From assembly GCA_965230915.1 (NCBI GenBank), contig OZ246395.1, forward strand, positions 298,181-337,534: a stretch of 39,354 bases of DNA, given 5' to 3'. Source of the stretch: an uncultured Candidatus Saccharibacteria bacterium. Its GTDB lineage: Bacteria > Patescibacteriota > WWE3 > 2-01-FULL-39-13. A program made the translations under genes and the position numbers. The notes under the pieces were generated by a model. The model searched no databases. It was not told the DNA's origin and worked only from the letters and a program-made list of their open reading frames with translations. This document shows positions 1 through 10,598 of the stretch, one piece after another; positions within the stretch are counted from its first letter, which is position 1; each line of letters starts with the position of its first letter.

Positions 1-318
1 AACTTTCCAGTCCATTTCCCCGTTATCTTCCATTTCCATAACGCCAATTACGCGTCCAGTAATTAATGATCCAGGCAAAATTTGTCCTGAAGTATAAATA
101 ACAGCATCGAGCGGATCTCCGTCCCCTTCGTTCCAAGTTCCAGGAACATCGCAGTACGCAACTGGATAATGAACCGGTCCATATAACACACGATCTACTT
201 CGAGAACTCCGTATTCGTGGTTGTATTCGTACTTAACAAAATCTCCTTTTGAGATTTCAACTATTAACTTTAATACTTCTGGGGCATCTTTTTGTTTTAC
301 GGTATGGAATAAACTCAT
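1..318 (-). CDS. ppa: Inorganic pyrophosphatase, family I (first 106 codons; C-terminus lies beyond the left window edge)
   Basis: Not in the ORF track because it is edge-truncated. Minus-strand ATG at 318..316. Hand translation MSLFHTVKQKDAPEVLKLIVEISKGDFVKYEYNHEYGVLEVDRVLYGPVHYPVAYCDVPGTWNEGDGDPLDAVIYTSGQILPGSLITGRVIGVMEMEDNGEMDWKV stays open to base 1. It contains the family-I PPase D-G-D-P-L-D signature and the EIxKG...KYE block. Confidence 0.85.
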   Translation of the reverse strand, partial: MSLFHTVKQKDAPEVLKLIVEISKGDFVKYEYNHEYGVLEVDRVLYGPVHYPVAYCDVPGTWNEGDGDPLDAVIYTSGQILPGSLITGRVIGVMEMEDNGEMDWKV

Positions 319-325
319 TTTATTA

Positions 326-1555
326 TTAGACTCTTGTTAGAACCAAAAAAGCAGTAGCACCAATAACGCTTCCTAATGAGGAAGCGAACATCAGTTCATT
401 CTCGTATTTTTTGGAGTCTATAAGACCTACTAAATATAAATAAATACTAGTGCCAAAAATCAATGCTGATAACGATTCATCGTTGCCGAACCTTATTATA
501 AGCACTAATGCCAATATTGTACAAATACCATATATCAATGGAAGTAAATTCCCAACCTCATTTTTTTCTAAAATCTCTTTAAATTTATTTCGATATTTTG
601 CGGCTTCGTAAATAATAACAATTGCTAAAAACATCCAGCCTGCTTGGTTTCCATTAATTAAGTTAAACCTTATTATTTGTCCCTCATTCTCGCGGATTTC
701 TGTTGCCGCGATCAAAAACATAATCGGAGCTAATTTATATACAACACTTGAAAGGCGGTCGTAGTTTACTTCCATGGTTCTTCTCATGATTGTTATATAA
801 AGGTAAGCAAGTAAGAATGCGAGTGCGACTCCCAATAGGCCTGAGATTCTATATGGTAAGAGTGTTAATAAAATTATTTCATTAACATCTGTTATAAATG
901 ATTTTGGTTTTATAAAAAGCTCGATTATTCCAACTACTAACCCGCATAAAAGTGGAAATAAAATTGTTTCTGTGCCTACTTCTTTAAATAGCCAATAAGT
1001 AAATCCCCATAAAATAAACGGAATAATAATTGTTATAAAAGTTATTATCTTTGGCTTCCATGTGGTTCTTGCAGCTTTAAAGTTTGCTTCTACAGCTATT
1101 AACAAAAAGTAGATGGCTAATGCTATAAGTAAAAGTATTGGGATTGTAAGCATTACAACGTCGGCGTCGATTTTGTTGAACCCTCTAAATTTTGTAATTC
1201 CGCTATTAAATACGATTCCGGATAAAATGATCACATTTAATAAATTTAGCGACCTATTTAAGTTTCCGGTTTGAACTTGAAAATAATAGAAAGCTAAGTT
1301 AATTCCGATTAAAAATGAAGAAACAAAAAGTGTATCTAGAGATGAAAAATATAATGCTGTTGCTCCAATTACTATTATTACTGCTTCTAGCCCCAATTCT
1401 GATTTCTTTTCGTTGCCCAAAAAACTGTACAAAGAATAAGTTATAACGGCACCTAAAACCCCTGCAATAAGGCCATAAACGCTTAATCCAAAGAGGTAAA
1501 AAGTTAATAATGGAAAAACAATTAATGCTAAAAGGTTTGCGTTAAAAATCTTCAT
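326..1555 (-). CDS. Polytopic integral membrane protein, function unknown
   Basis: 409-aa ORF made almost entirely of hydrophobic segments, roughly 10-12 predicted TM helices. It packs tightly against ppa (7-nt gap). I recognise no catalytic motif. Confidence 0.6.
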   Translation of the reverse strand: MKIFNANLLALIVFPLLTFYLFGLSVYGLIAGVLGAVITYSLYSFLGNEKKSELGLEAVIIVIGATALYFSSLDTLFVSSFLIGINLAFYYFQVQTGNLNRSLNLLNVIILSGIVFNSGITKFRGFNKIDADVVMLTIPILLLIALAIYFLLIAVEANFKAARTTWKPKIITFITIIIPFILWGFTYWLFKEVGTETILFPLLCGLVVGIIELFIKPKSFITDVNEIILLTLLPYRISGLLGVALAFLLAYLYITIMRRTMEVNYDRLSSVVYKLAPIMFLIAATEIRENEGQIIRFNLINGNQAGWMFLAIVIIYEAAKYRNKFKEILEKNEVGNLLPLIYGICTILALVLIIRFGNDESLSALIFGTSIYLYLVGLIDSKKYENELMFASSLGSVIGATAFLVLTRV

Positions 1556-1557
1556 AT

Positions 1558-1607
1558 AGAGGCACTTAAAATTTCTAGATACATATAATAAATTTTTTAG
1601 TGCCTCT
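1558..1607. repeat. Inverted repeat AGAGGCACT / AGTGCCTCT (9 bp perfect, extended by AAAA/TTTT) around a 32-nt AT-rich spacer
   Basis: Arms read directly at 1558..1566 and 1599..1607. The repeat lies between the gyrB stop (1662) and the start of the membrane-protein gene (1555). The left arm ends 2 nt from that ATG. Confidence 0.5.
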
Positions 1608-1661
1608 TACTGTCTGAAATATCCATATCTATAAAGTTATTTCAGACGAATAGCAGCACTA

Positions 1662-3701
<2,040 letters not shown>

Positions 3702-3838
3702 TTATTCTAGCAATTTAAGTACTTTATAACAAGTTAAGATGCACAAAAAAAGCTGATATTACAGGCAAAATGAGCAATATAATTGCTTAAATGGCTTGAC
3801 TTTGGTTAAAAACACTATCTACGAGTTTTTTACAAAGA

Positions 3839-3866
3839 TTTACCAATAATTGGAATCTTATATAAT
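3839..3866 (+). promoter_or_regulatory. Candidate promoter TTTACC - 16 nt - TATAAT, with the -10 ending 7 nt before ATG 3874
   Basis: TATAAT at 3861..3866 and TTTACC at 3839..3844. Only ttaaagc separates the -10 from the start codon. Confidence 0.3.
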
Positions 3867-3873
3867 TTAAAGC

Positions 3874-4869
3874 ATGAAACTATTAACGAAAGCCCTGCTT
3901 TTGTGCTTGTTTCTTGCCACTCTTTTATTCGCTGCCTTTATATACATTAAAACTAATTTGGGTATTAACCCTATTAGTGCAGAAGATCTTAGCAATATGC
4001 AGGTCCTCCCCTTTACATTCGAACAGGAACTTGGTGCACATGGATCGGATCATCTTACTTTAACTACCGGAAAAGATTACCCTTATTTATTTTATTATTT
4101 TCGTAGTGGTAATGCTGACTTCATTCCTGAAAATTCGAAAGTGGTTGAATATAAAGCTTCGGATGAAAGATTTTATGCCTATTTTATTATGCCTTATTAT
4201 CAATTCGAATCTAAAGTTCAAGCATGTAATCCATTTAATGTGTGTAAAACTTTTAAAATTACTTGTGAGGAACACAAATCGGGGCCAGCTAGCAAAAGAT
4301 GTATAACGATAGATATTCCGGATGAAAAAAATAAATTACAAGGAATGAAAGAGGTCAAAATAATTCACGACGATGTTGAAGGTTCAATAGACTATGCATC
4401 TGTTGATGATAACTTAAAGGTTTTTGGTGAAGAAGGTTTGTATGAAACTACTACATCAATTACAAAGATCAAAAGTAAGAATCGAATATTTAAAAGTCAG
4501 AATGTTAGTTATGGTTTTGACGAAAACGCTTTTAATCAAGAAAGTTGGGATTTAAAAAAAGAAAAACTTAGAGGCTTAGCCAATTCACTAAGTAATGGGG
4601 CCAAAATAAAAGAAACTGAAGAAACTCAAGACTATGATCTTGCTCCAGGATTTCCTCAGACAGAGCGTTTTTACACAATAACATGGGAATCTAGTATTGA
4701 TGTATCTGGATTAGAAGACTATGGTGATTTTTATTCGGATAACAAAGCGTCTAATTCCATCGAACTTAGATCTCGAAATGAATATGGATTTAATGATGCA
4801 AATTACAATAAAAATGAAACTAATCAATGGTATGGGTTACACATTCATACATACACACAAATAAGGTAG
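3874..4869 (+). CDS. Hypothetical secreted or N-terminally anchored protein
   Basis: 331 aa. The N-terminal hydrophobic segment MKLLTKALLLCLFLATLLFAAFIYI is a signal peptide or anchor. The rest is hydrophilic with 5 Cys. No recognised motif. Confidence 0.55.
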   Translation: MKLLTKALLLCLFLATLLFAAFIYIKTNLGINPISAEDLSNMQVLPFTFEQELGAHGSDHLTLTTGKDYPYLFYYFRSGNADFIPENSKVVEYKASDERFYAYFIMPYYQFESKVQACNPFNVCKTFKITCEEHKSGPASKRCITIDIPDEKNKLQGMKEVKIIHDDVEGSIDYASVDDNLKVFGEEGLYETTTSITKIKSKNRIFKSQNVSYGFDENAFNQESWDLKKEKLRGLANSLSNGAKIKETEETQDYDLAPGFPQTERFYTITWESSIDVSGLEDYGDFYSDNKASNSIELRSRNEYGFNDANYNKNETNQWYGLHIHTYTQIR

Positions 4870-4871
4870 TT

Positions 4872-6080
4872 TTAAAGTGCAGTTGTAAGTTGATAAATTG
4901 GAAGAATAACGGAGACAACAAGAAGTCCAACCAAACATCCAAGCATGATCATGATTATTGGCTCCATGGCTGTAGAAAGATTCTTAACAACCTTATCGAC
5001 TTCGCCTTCGTAATACTTAGCCAAACTATTAAGGCGTTGGTCAACTGTACCAGTTTCTTCTCCAACCATTAACATTTGTGAAACTAAAAGTGGAAACTGT
5101 TCTTCTTTTGCAACAGCTTGTGAAAGCGGATATCCGTGTTTAATGTCTTCAATAAAATTTTCTACACTTTTTTGATAGATAACATTGCTCATACCATCGC
5201 GCACAATTTCTAAAGCTTCAACAAGTGGAACTCCAGCTTGAGATAAAAGACCCAATGTTCTTGTAAATTCAACGATAAGAGATTGCGTGATAATTCCCCC
5301 AAAAACAGGTAATTTAAAAGAGACTTTTGCCGAATAGTATTGACCAGCCGGGGTCGCCAATATAAATCTAATGCCGGAAACTACTCCTATAACCATTAAT
5401 ATAGCAACCCACCACCAATTTATTATGAAGTCTGACAAGGCTATAAGTATTTTTGTTGACAGTGGAAGGTCAGTTTCAAATGACTTATAAATTTCGGTCA
5501 TTTGTGGAATCAAGAAAACAATAATCAATATAAAAACCAAAACCATTGCTGTCACAACAATCGCTGGGTAAACTAGCGCCCCAGTAACCTTGCCTCTAAA
5601 TTGACGATCTTTCTCTAGTGTTTCAGCAAGTCTTTGCAAAACCTCATCTAGTTTTCCTGATGCTTCACCTGCTTTGACAAGATTTACATAGCTTCTGGAA
5701 AATGTTTTCTCGCCTCTGTTTTCCATTGCTTTTGCCAGTGGAGCTCCACCTTCTACTTCGTTCAAAATCATTTGTGTAGCTTCTGACATTGGGCCATTCT
5801 TAGTTTGTAAAGATAAAATTTCCAAAGACTTAGTAAGCGGAAGGCCCGCTGTTATCATACTTGATAGTTGGTCGGTAAATTTAACTTTTTCTGTTAATGG
5901 GATTTTTCCTCGGTTCCAAAAATGCATTATGTCGAACTTTTCGTTTACAGGGGTTAATGAGTAAACAACAAGTCCTCGGTCTCTTAGTGATTTAACTGCC
6001 GAATCTCGGTCTGGAGCGTCTATTTCACCACGCTTTACTGTTAATCCGTCTCTAGTTTTTGCTGCGTATTTGAGTCGCAT
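4872..6080 (-). CDS. pilC: Type IV pilus platform protein PilC (GspF/T2SS-F family)
   Basis: 402 aa with two T2SS-F-type repeats (LSSMITAGLPLTKSLEIL... and FTRTLGLLSQAGVPLVEALEIV...) and three TM segments. It lies directly downstream of pilT and pilB. Confidence 0.85.
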   Translation of the reverse strand: MRLKYAAKTRDGLTVKRGEIDAPDRDSAVKSLRDRGLVVYSLTPVNEKFDIMHFWNRGKIPLTEKVKFTDQLSSMITAGLPLTKSLEILSLQTKNGPMSEATQMILNEVEGGAPLAKAMENRGEKTFSRSYVNLVKAGEASGKLDEVLQRLAETLEKDRQFRGKVTGALVYPAIVVTAMVLVFILIIVFLIPQMTEIYKSFETDLPLSTKILIALSDFIINWWWVAILMVIGVVSGIRFILATPAGQYYSAKVSFKLPVFGGIITQSLIVEFTRTLGLLSQAGVPLVEALEIVRDGMSNVIYQKSVENFIEDIKHGYPLSQAVAKEEQFPLLVSQMLMVGEETGTVDQRLNSLAKYYEGEVDKVVKNLSTAMEPIIMIMLGCLVGLLVVSVILPIYQLTTAL

Positions 6081-6083
6081 GTT

Positions 6084-7172
6084 TTATTTCTTATTTATAT
6101 ATCTCAGCATTTCGTTCGGATGTTTGGCCTTTGCTAAAGCTTCATCGAGTTCTACTTTTCCTGAATTTACAAGTTCGGCTAAAGATTTTTCCATTGTTAT
6201 CATTCCGATATCAAAGTTTGTATTAATATTGTTGTAAATAAATTGAGCATTGCCCTCGCGTATAATATTTTTAATCGCGTTTGTTGCAATCATCAGTTCA
6301 ATAGCTGGATATCGTTTCGATGGATCAATCCCTTTTACTAAGTTTTGTGTAACGGTTCCTTCTAAAACTGCAGCGAATTGCATGCGTGCTTGATGTTGCT
6401 GGTGTTCGGGGAACATACCAATAACGTGTTCTACTGTTTGGTCGGCTGAGTATGTATGAATTGTTGCAAAAACTAAGTGCCCTTTTTCGGCAGCTGTAAT
6501 TGCTAGGTTCATTGTTTCGTAATCGCGAATTTCTCCGATAAGAATTATATTTGCATCTTCGCGAAGCGCAGATTTAAGTGCATGTGTCCAACGTAAAGTA
6601 TCGATACGAATTTCGCGTTGCTGAATTAAGGCCTTATTTGATGTAAACATGTATTCGATTGGGTCTTCAATTGTAATAATGTGAGCGTTTTTATTTTGAT
6701 TAATCCAGTTTATAAGTGCAGCAAGTGTTGTTGATTTCCCTTGGCCTGAAGCTCCTGTAACCAAAACTAAGCCTTGTGGTAATTTGCAGAATTCGTAAAG
6801 CATCGTTGGTAATGCCAATTCTTCTAGGTTTGGAAGTTTAGTCGGAATGTATCTGAATGCAACAGCTAAGCATCGTCTTTCGAAAAATACATTTACACGA
6901 AAACGACCTTTATCGCCTATTGCATAAGAGGAGTCCATTTCTTTTTCTCGGTATAACTCTTCGAGCTGAGTTTCAGATAAAAGTTGACCTACTATATATT
7001 GGATATCGTTTTCCTCGAGTTTTTTGAATCCGGCAAGCGGTTGTAGAATTCCAGCTACACGAACAATAGGAGGCATTCCGTTTGATAAATGTAGATCTGA
7101 TGCACCTTTCGTAATTGTTTTTTCTAAAAGTTCATCAATTAAAAACGTTGATTGGGCAGTTTCTTCGGGCAT
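6084..7172 (-). CDS. pilT: Twitching-motility retraction ATPase PilT
   Basis: 362 aa. ASDLHL, Walker A GASGQGKSTT, Asp box IITIEDPIEY, Walker B ILIGEIRD, His box TIHT, and the PilT-specific AIKNIIREGN block. Confidence 0.85.
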   Translation of the reverse strand: MPEETAQSTFLIDELLEKTITKGASDLHLSNGMPPIVRVAGILQPLAGFKKLEENDIQYIVGQLLSETQLEELYREKEMDSSYAIGDKGRFRVNVFFERRCLAVAFRYIPTKLPNLEELALPTMLYEFCKLPQGLVLVTGASGQGKSTTLAALINWINQNKNAHIITIEDPIEYMFTSNKALIQQREIRIDTLRWTHALKSALREDANIILIGEIRDYETMNLAITAAEKGHLVFATIHTYSADQTVEHVIGMFPEHQQHQARMQFAAVLEGTVTQNLVKGIDPSKRYPAIELMIATNAIKNIIREGNAQFIYNNINTNFDIGMITMEKSLAELVNSGKVELDEALAKAKHPNEMLRYINKK

Positions 7173-7212
7173 TATTCTCCAAATTTTTGTAGGTTATTAA
7201 ATTACTAAAACT

Positions 7213-9042
7213 CTACGAACTATTTATTACTGATAAAACTTCTTCTATGGTTGTTACTCCCCATAGTGCTTTTAAATATCCGTCCTGTTCTAATGTTATC
7301 ATTCCTTGTTCAATTGCTTTATCGTTTATTTCATTTTCAGATGTATCTTTTTCGGTCATGCGTTGTATTTCCGCTGTTACTTTCATAACTTCATAAAGAC
7401 CCATACGGCCTTTGTATCCAGTATTGTTACACCTATCGCAACCTTTTCCTCTATATAATGTTATCTTACTTACCTCAGACTGTGGAGCATTACTTTCAAT
7501 TCTTTCAATAATCGCATTGTCATCGGCATCAGTGTCGACGGTTTCGTCAGCTTTATTTTCAAATGGAGACTTGCCCAATCCAATACTCAAAAGTTGTGGT
7601 GTTAGTACGCGTTTAATTTCTGCGACTTTTTCGGGCTCCGCTTCATACGCTTCTTTGCAATATGGGCAAATTCTTCTACTTAAGCGTTGTGCTAAAGCAA
7701 TGTCTAAAGTTGAAGCAATTAAAAAGCTTTCAACTCCCATATCTTTTAAACGTGGAATTGAACCCGCCGCAGAATTTGTATGCAATGTAGCCAGAACTAA
7801 GTGACCAGTAAGGGCAGCTTGAATCGCGAGTTGCGCAGTTTCTTTGTCACGAACCTCCCCTACCATTATTATGTTTGGATCTTGGCGCAAAATTGACCTT
7901 AGTCCCGAAGCGAAGGTTAGACCAGCTTTGACATTAATCTGAACCTGGTTAACTCCAGGTATGCTAATTTCAACCGGATCTTCAAGAGTAATGATATTTA
8001 CTCCAGTAACATTTAATTTTGAAAGAGACGTTGCTTGGGTAACGGTTTTACCAGAACCTGTTGGCCCAGTAACGAAAATAATTCCCGTAGTTTGTTTAAG
8101 GGCCTGATTAAAATCATGGTGAGCCTTTCCCCATAAACCGAGTTGCTTTAGTGTGAAAATAGTTTTTGTATCTTTAAGCAAACGAATAACAACTTTTTCT
8201 CCAAATACTGTCGGAATTGTAGATACACGAAGATCGGTCTTGGTATCTCCAAATTCAACTTTGAATTTTCCATCTAGCGGAATACGCCTCTCATCAATCG
8301 GCATATCGGCCAAGATTTTTATACGGGCAACAATCGAATTATGGATAGTTTTTGGGAACGGAAACTTTTCCTGCAAAACTCCGTCAATTCTATATCTAAC
8401 GCGGGTGCCTGTTTCAAATGGTTCAATATGTATATCTGATGCGCCTGACTTAACAGCATATTCCAAAATAACGCTAACAATTTGAGCGACAGGCGAAACT
8501 TTAATAATATCTTCAGCCTGGTCAATGTTCTTTAAAGATTCCTGAAGTTTTTTTGTAGTCGTTTCTGTAGCTTGCTCAATCGCGTGTGTAACGTCTTTTC
8601 CTAGCGATTTACTGTATTCGCGGTCAATTGCAGTTTCAATTAATTTTGATGAAGATAAAAATGGTCTAACTTTTAAGTGTGTGCTTCTTTCGATGTATTG
8701 AATTATTAAAAGATCTTCTGGGTCAATCATTGCAACACTTATGGTTGTTGCATCTTTATCAAATGGAATTAGCTTATATTTTCTTGCAGTAGCTTCCTGT
8801 ATTAGTTGTACTGCTTCGGGTTTAATTACAAGTTCGGTGGGGTCAACGTATGGAACTCCAATTAAATCAGCCTTATATTTTTGAATTATATTTTCATCAA
8901 CAAGTCCGTTTTGTAAAATTATTTCTTCAGAAGTTTTGCCTGTTTTAATTTTTTCCTCAGTAATAGCTTTGTGTTGGCTTTCAGAAATTAATGAGTTTTG
9001 AAGAAGAATATCTTCGATTAATCGGGCAGAATTAGTCGACAT
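7213..9042 (-). CDS. pilB: Type IV pilus assembly ATPase PilB (GspE family) with N-terminal T2SSE_N domain
   Basis: 609 aa. Walker A GPTGSGKT, ITLEDPVE, MVGEVRD, ATLHTN, and tetracysteine CPYC...CDRCNNTGYKGR. The N-terminal part (LISESQHKAITEEKIKTGKTSEEIILQNGLV) is GSPII_E_N-like. Confidence 0.85.
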   Translation of the reverse strand: MSTNSARLIEDILLQNSLISESQHKAITEEKIKTGKTSEEIILQNGLVDENIIQKYKADLIGVPYVDPTELVIKPEAVQLIQEATARKYKLIPFDKDATTISVAMIDPEDLLIIQYIERSTHLKVRPFLSSSKLIETAIDREYSKSLGKDVTHAIEQATETTTKKLQESLKNIDQAEDIIKVSPVAQIVSVILEYAVKSGASDIHIEPFETGTRVRYRIDGVLQEKFPFPKTIHNSIVARIKILADMPIDERRIPLDGKFKVEFGDTKTDLRVSTIPTVFGEKVVIRLLKDTKTIFTLKQLGLWGKAHHDFNQALKQTTGIIFVTGPTGSGKTVTQATSLSKLNVTGVNIITLEDPVEISIPGVNQVQINVKAGLTFASGLRSILRQDPNIIMVGEVRDKETAQLAIQAALTGHLVLATLHTNSAAGSIPRLKDMGVESFLIASTLDIALAQRLSRRICPYCKEAYEAEPEKVAEIKRVLTPQLLSIGLGKSPFENKADETVDTDADDNAIIERIESNAPQSEVSKITLYRGKGCDRCNNTGYKGRMGLYEVMKVTAEIQRMTEKDTSENEINDKAIEQGMITLEQDGYLKALWGVTTIEEVLSVINSS

Positions 9043-9095
9043 GATTTATATAGCAATTCAAAACTTTGTTTTGAATTGGCTTAAACTAGTATATC

Positions 9096-9830
9096 ATGTG
9101 GCTTGTAAATCAATTCAATATACATAAAATGTCACAGCCAATTTTAATATCACAAGGAACACTTTTATCTCGTCAAGAAACCGCTGAAAATCTCATCGCG
9201 AAAATTTTTTCGGAATCCACTGATTACAAAAATAATATAGATTTCAAATTGTATGAATTACAAGATGATAAAAAACTAATTGCGATTGATCAGGTTCGCG
9301 ATCTTATAAGAGAAATAAATATAAAGCCCCGTGTTAATAAAAATAAGGTTATTTGGATAAAAGAAGCTCAAAGTCTATCAACCGAAGCGCAAAATGCTCT
9401 CTTAAAAACGCTAGAAGAACCCCCGGCATATTCGCAAATCATTTTGACTGTAGATCATTCTGAGAATTTAATACCAACTGTTATCTCGAGATGTATTGTT
9501 AAAGACTTAAGTTTGTCTGCACGCGTAGATTTAAATTCTAAAGAATATTTAGACGCTAAGAAAGAATTTCTTGAGGTTTTAAATATGGATATCGGACAGA
9601 AAATCGATTGGATAACCGAAAATAAAACTAAAATAAAAGACCGCGAAGCTACCCTAACCCTATTCGATTATTGGGAAGTAGCTTTAAGAGAAAAAATGCT
9701 TGAGTCAATAAAAAATGAAGAAGCCGACAAATATAAAGAAAATATAAAACTTTTGCAGAAAATTAAAAAATACATTTCTATGAATGCCAATGCGGCTTTG
9801 GCAACTGAAACTTTACTTCTCAATATTTAG
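9096..9830 (+). CDS. holB: DNA polymerase III delta-prime subunit-like clamp-loader protein
   Basis: IDQVRDLIREI, AQNALLKTLEEPP, and IPTVISRC are classical HolB/clamp-loader box motifs. An alternative start is ATG 9129 (MSQPIL...), which would leave more room for the divergent pilB promoter. Confidence 0.7.
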   Translation: MWLVNQFNIHKMSQPILISQGTLLSRQETAENLIAKIFSESTDYKNNIDFKLYELQDDKKLIAIDQVRDLIREINIKPRVNKNKVIWIKEAQSLSTEAQNALLKTLEEPPAYSQIILTVDHSENLIPTVISRCIVKDLSLSARVDLNSKEYLDAKKEFLEVLNMDIGQKIDWITENKTKIKDREATLTLFDYWEVALREKMLESIKNEEADKYKENIKLLQKIKKYISMNANAALATETLLLNI

Positions 9831-9946
9831 GTGCTTATACTTATATCAATGTATGAGTTTAATTCTAAATATTGGATCTGTAACACTTCAGATCTGGGAT
9901 TTAATATTTTAGTTAAACTTTCCTGCCGAGGGGGTGAAGTCTTCTA

Positions 9947-10411
9947 ATGAATAAAATTTTCACAGTAACAAAAAGAGGTTTTACGTTAGTCGAACTTTTG
10001 ATTGTTATTATCATCATCGCTGTTTTAGCTGGTATCGTTTTAATTGCTCTTAACCCAGCACAACAAAGAGCTAGAGCTACAGCTACTGCATTAAAGTCTA
10101 ACGTTACTGCAGTTTGTCGCGCTCAGGCTGTTTGTTTGGTTCAATCTGACACTGGAGCTGCTGGTTGCGACGCTTTTGGCGCAACTGAAGTTGCTATTGC
10201 AGATCCATATCCTGGAGCTGGAACACCAAATATAGCTATTGCAGATGTAGGTGCAGATGTTAACGCAACTGTTACCGGAACATATGTTGGTACAACAACA
10301 TTTACGTTTACATGCCAGAATATTGACTCAAGTGCTGCTACTAACTTTGGTAGAACAGACTGTCTTGCAGCTGGTGGTACATACACCTGTGCTGGATTCG
10401 GTTTAGAATAA
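9947..10411 (+). CDS. Major type IV pilin (prepilin-type N-terminal cleavage/methylation motif)
   Basis: MNKIFTVTKRG/FTLVELLIVIIIIAVLAGIVL is a class III signal with Gly-1, Phe+1, Glu+5. It is small (154 aa) and Ala/Thr/Gly-rich with 7 Cys. A strong SD (GAGGGGGTGA) sits about 10 nt upstream and a strong intrinsic terminator sits just downstream. Confidence 0.85.
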   Translation: MNKIFTVTKRGFTLVELLIVIIIIAVLAGIVLIALNPAQQRARATATALKSNVTAVCRAQAVCLVQSDTGAAGCDAFGATEVAIADPYPGAGTPNIAIADVGADVNATVTGTYVGTTTFTFTCQNIDSSAATNFGRTDCLAAGGTYTCAGFGLE

Positions 10412-10440
10412 TTTTTAAGCAATCTTAAAAATTCAATTAA

Positions 10441-10468
10441 CAGAGAGGCTAAACCCTCTCTGTTTTTT
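10441..10468 (+). terminator. Rho-independent terminator after the major pilin gene
   Basis: CAGAGAGG (10441..10448), loop ctaaac, CCTCTCTG (10455..10462), then TTTTTT (10463..10468). Confidence 0.8.
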
Positions 10469-10535
10469 GTATAGGTGTGCTTAAAATATCAAGTCGTTTT
10501 ATAGTGTTATTTTAGACGGTTTCCCTCTACTTTTC

Positions 10536-10587
10536 GCAAGCCGAAGGCGCTACTTTTTGCGAAGCGAAATGCAAGCCGAAGGCGCTA
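10536..10587 (+). repeat. 35-nt-period tandem duplication carrying three GAA-loop mini-hairpins upstream of pilD
   Basis: GCAAGCCGAAGGCGCTA occurs at 10536..10552 and again at 10571..10587. GCCGAAGGC is at 10540..10548 and 10575..10583, and GCGAAGC is at 10559..10565. The end of the second copy overlaps TATACT (10586..10591). Confidence 0.6.
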
Positions 10588-10598
10588 TACTTATTTGA

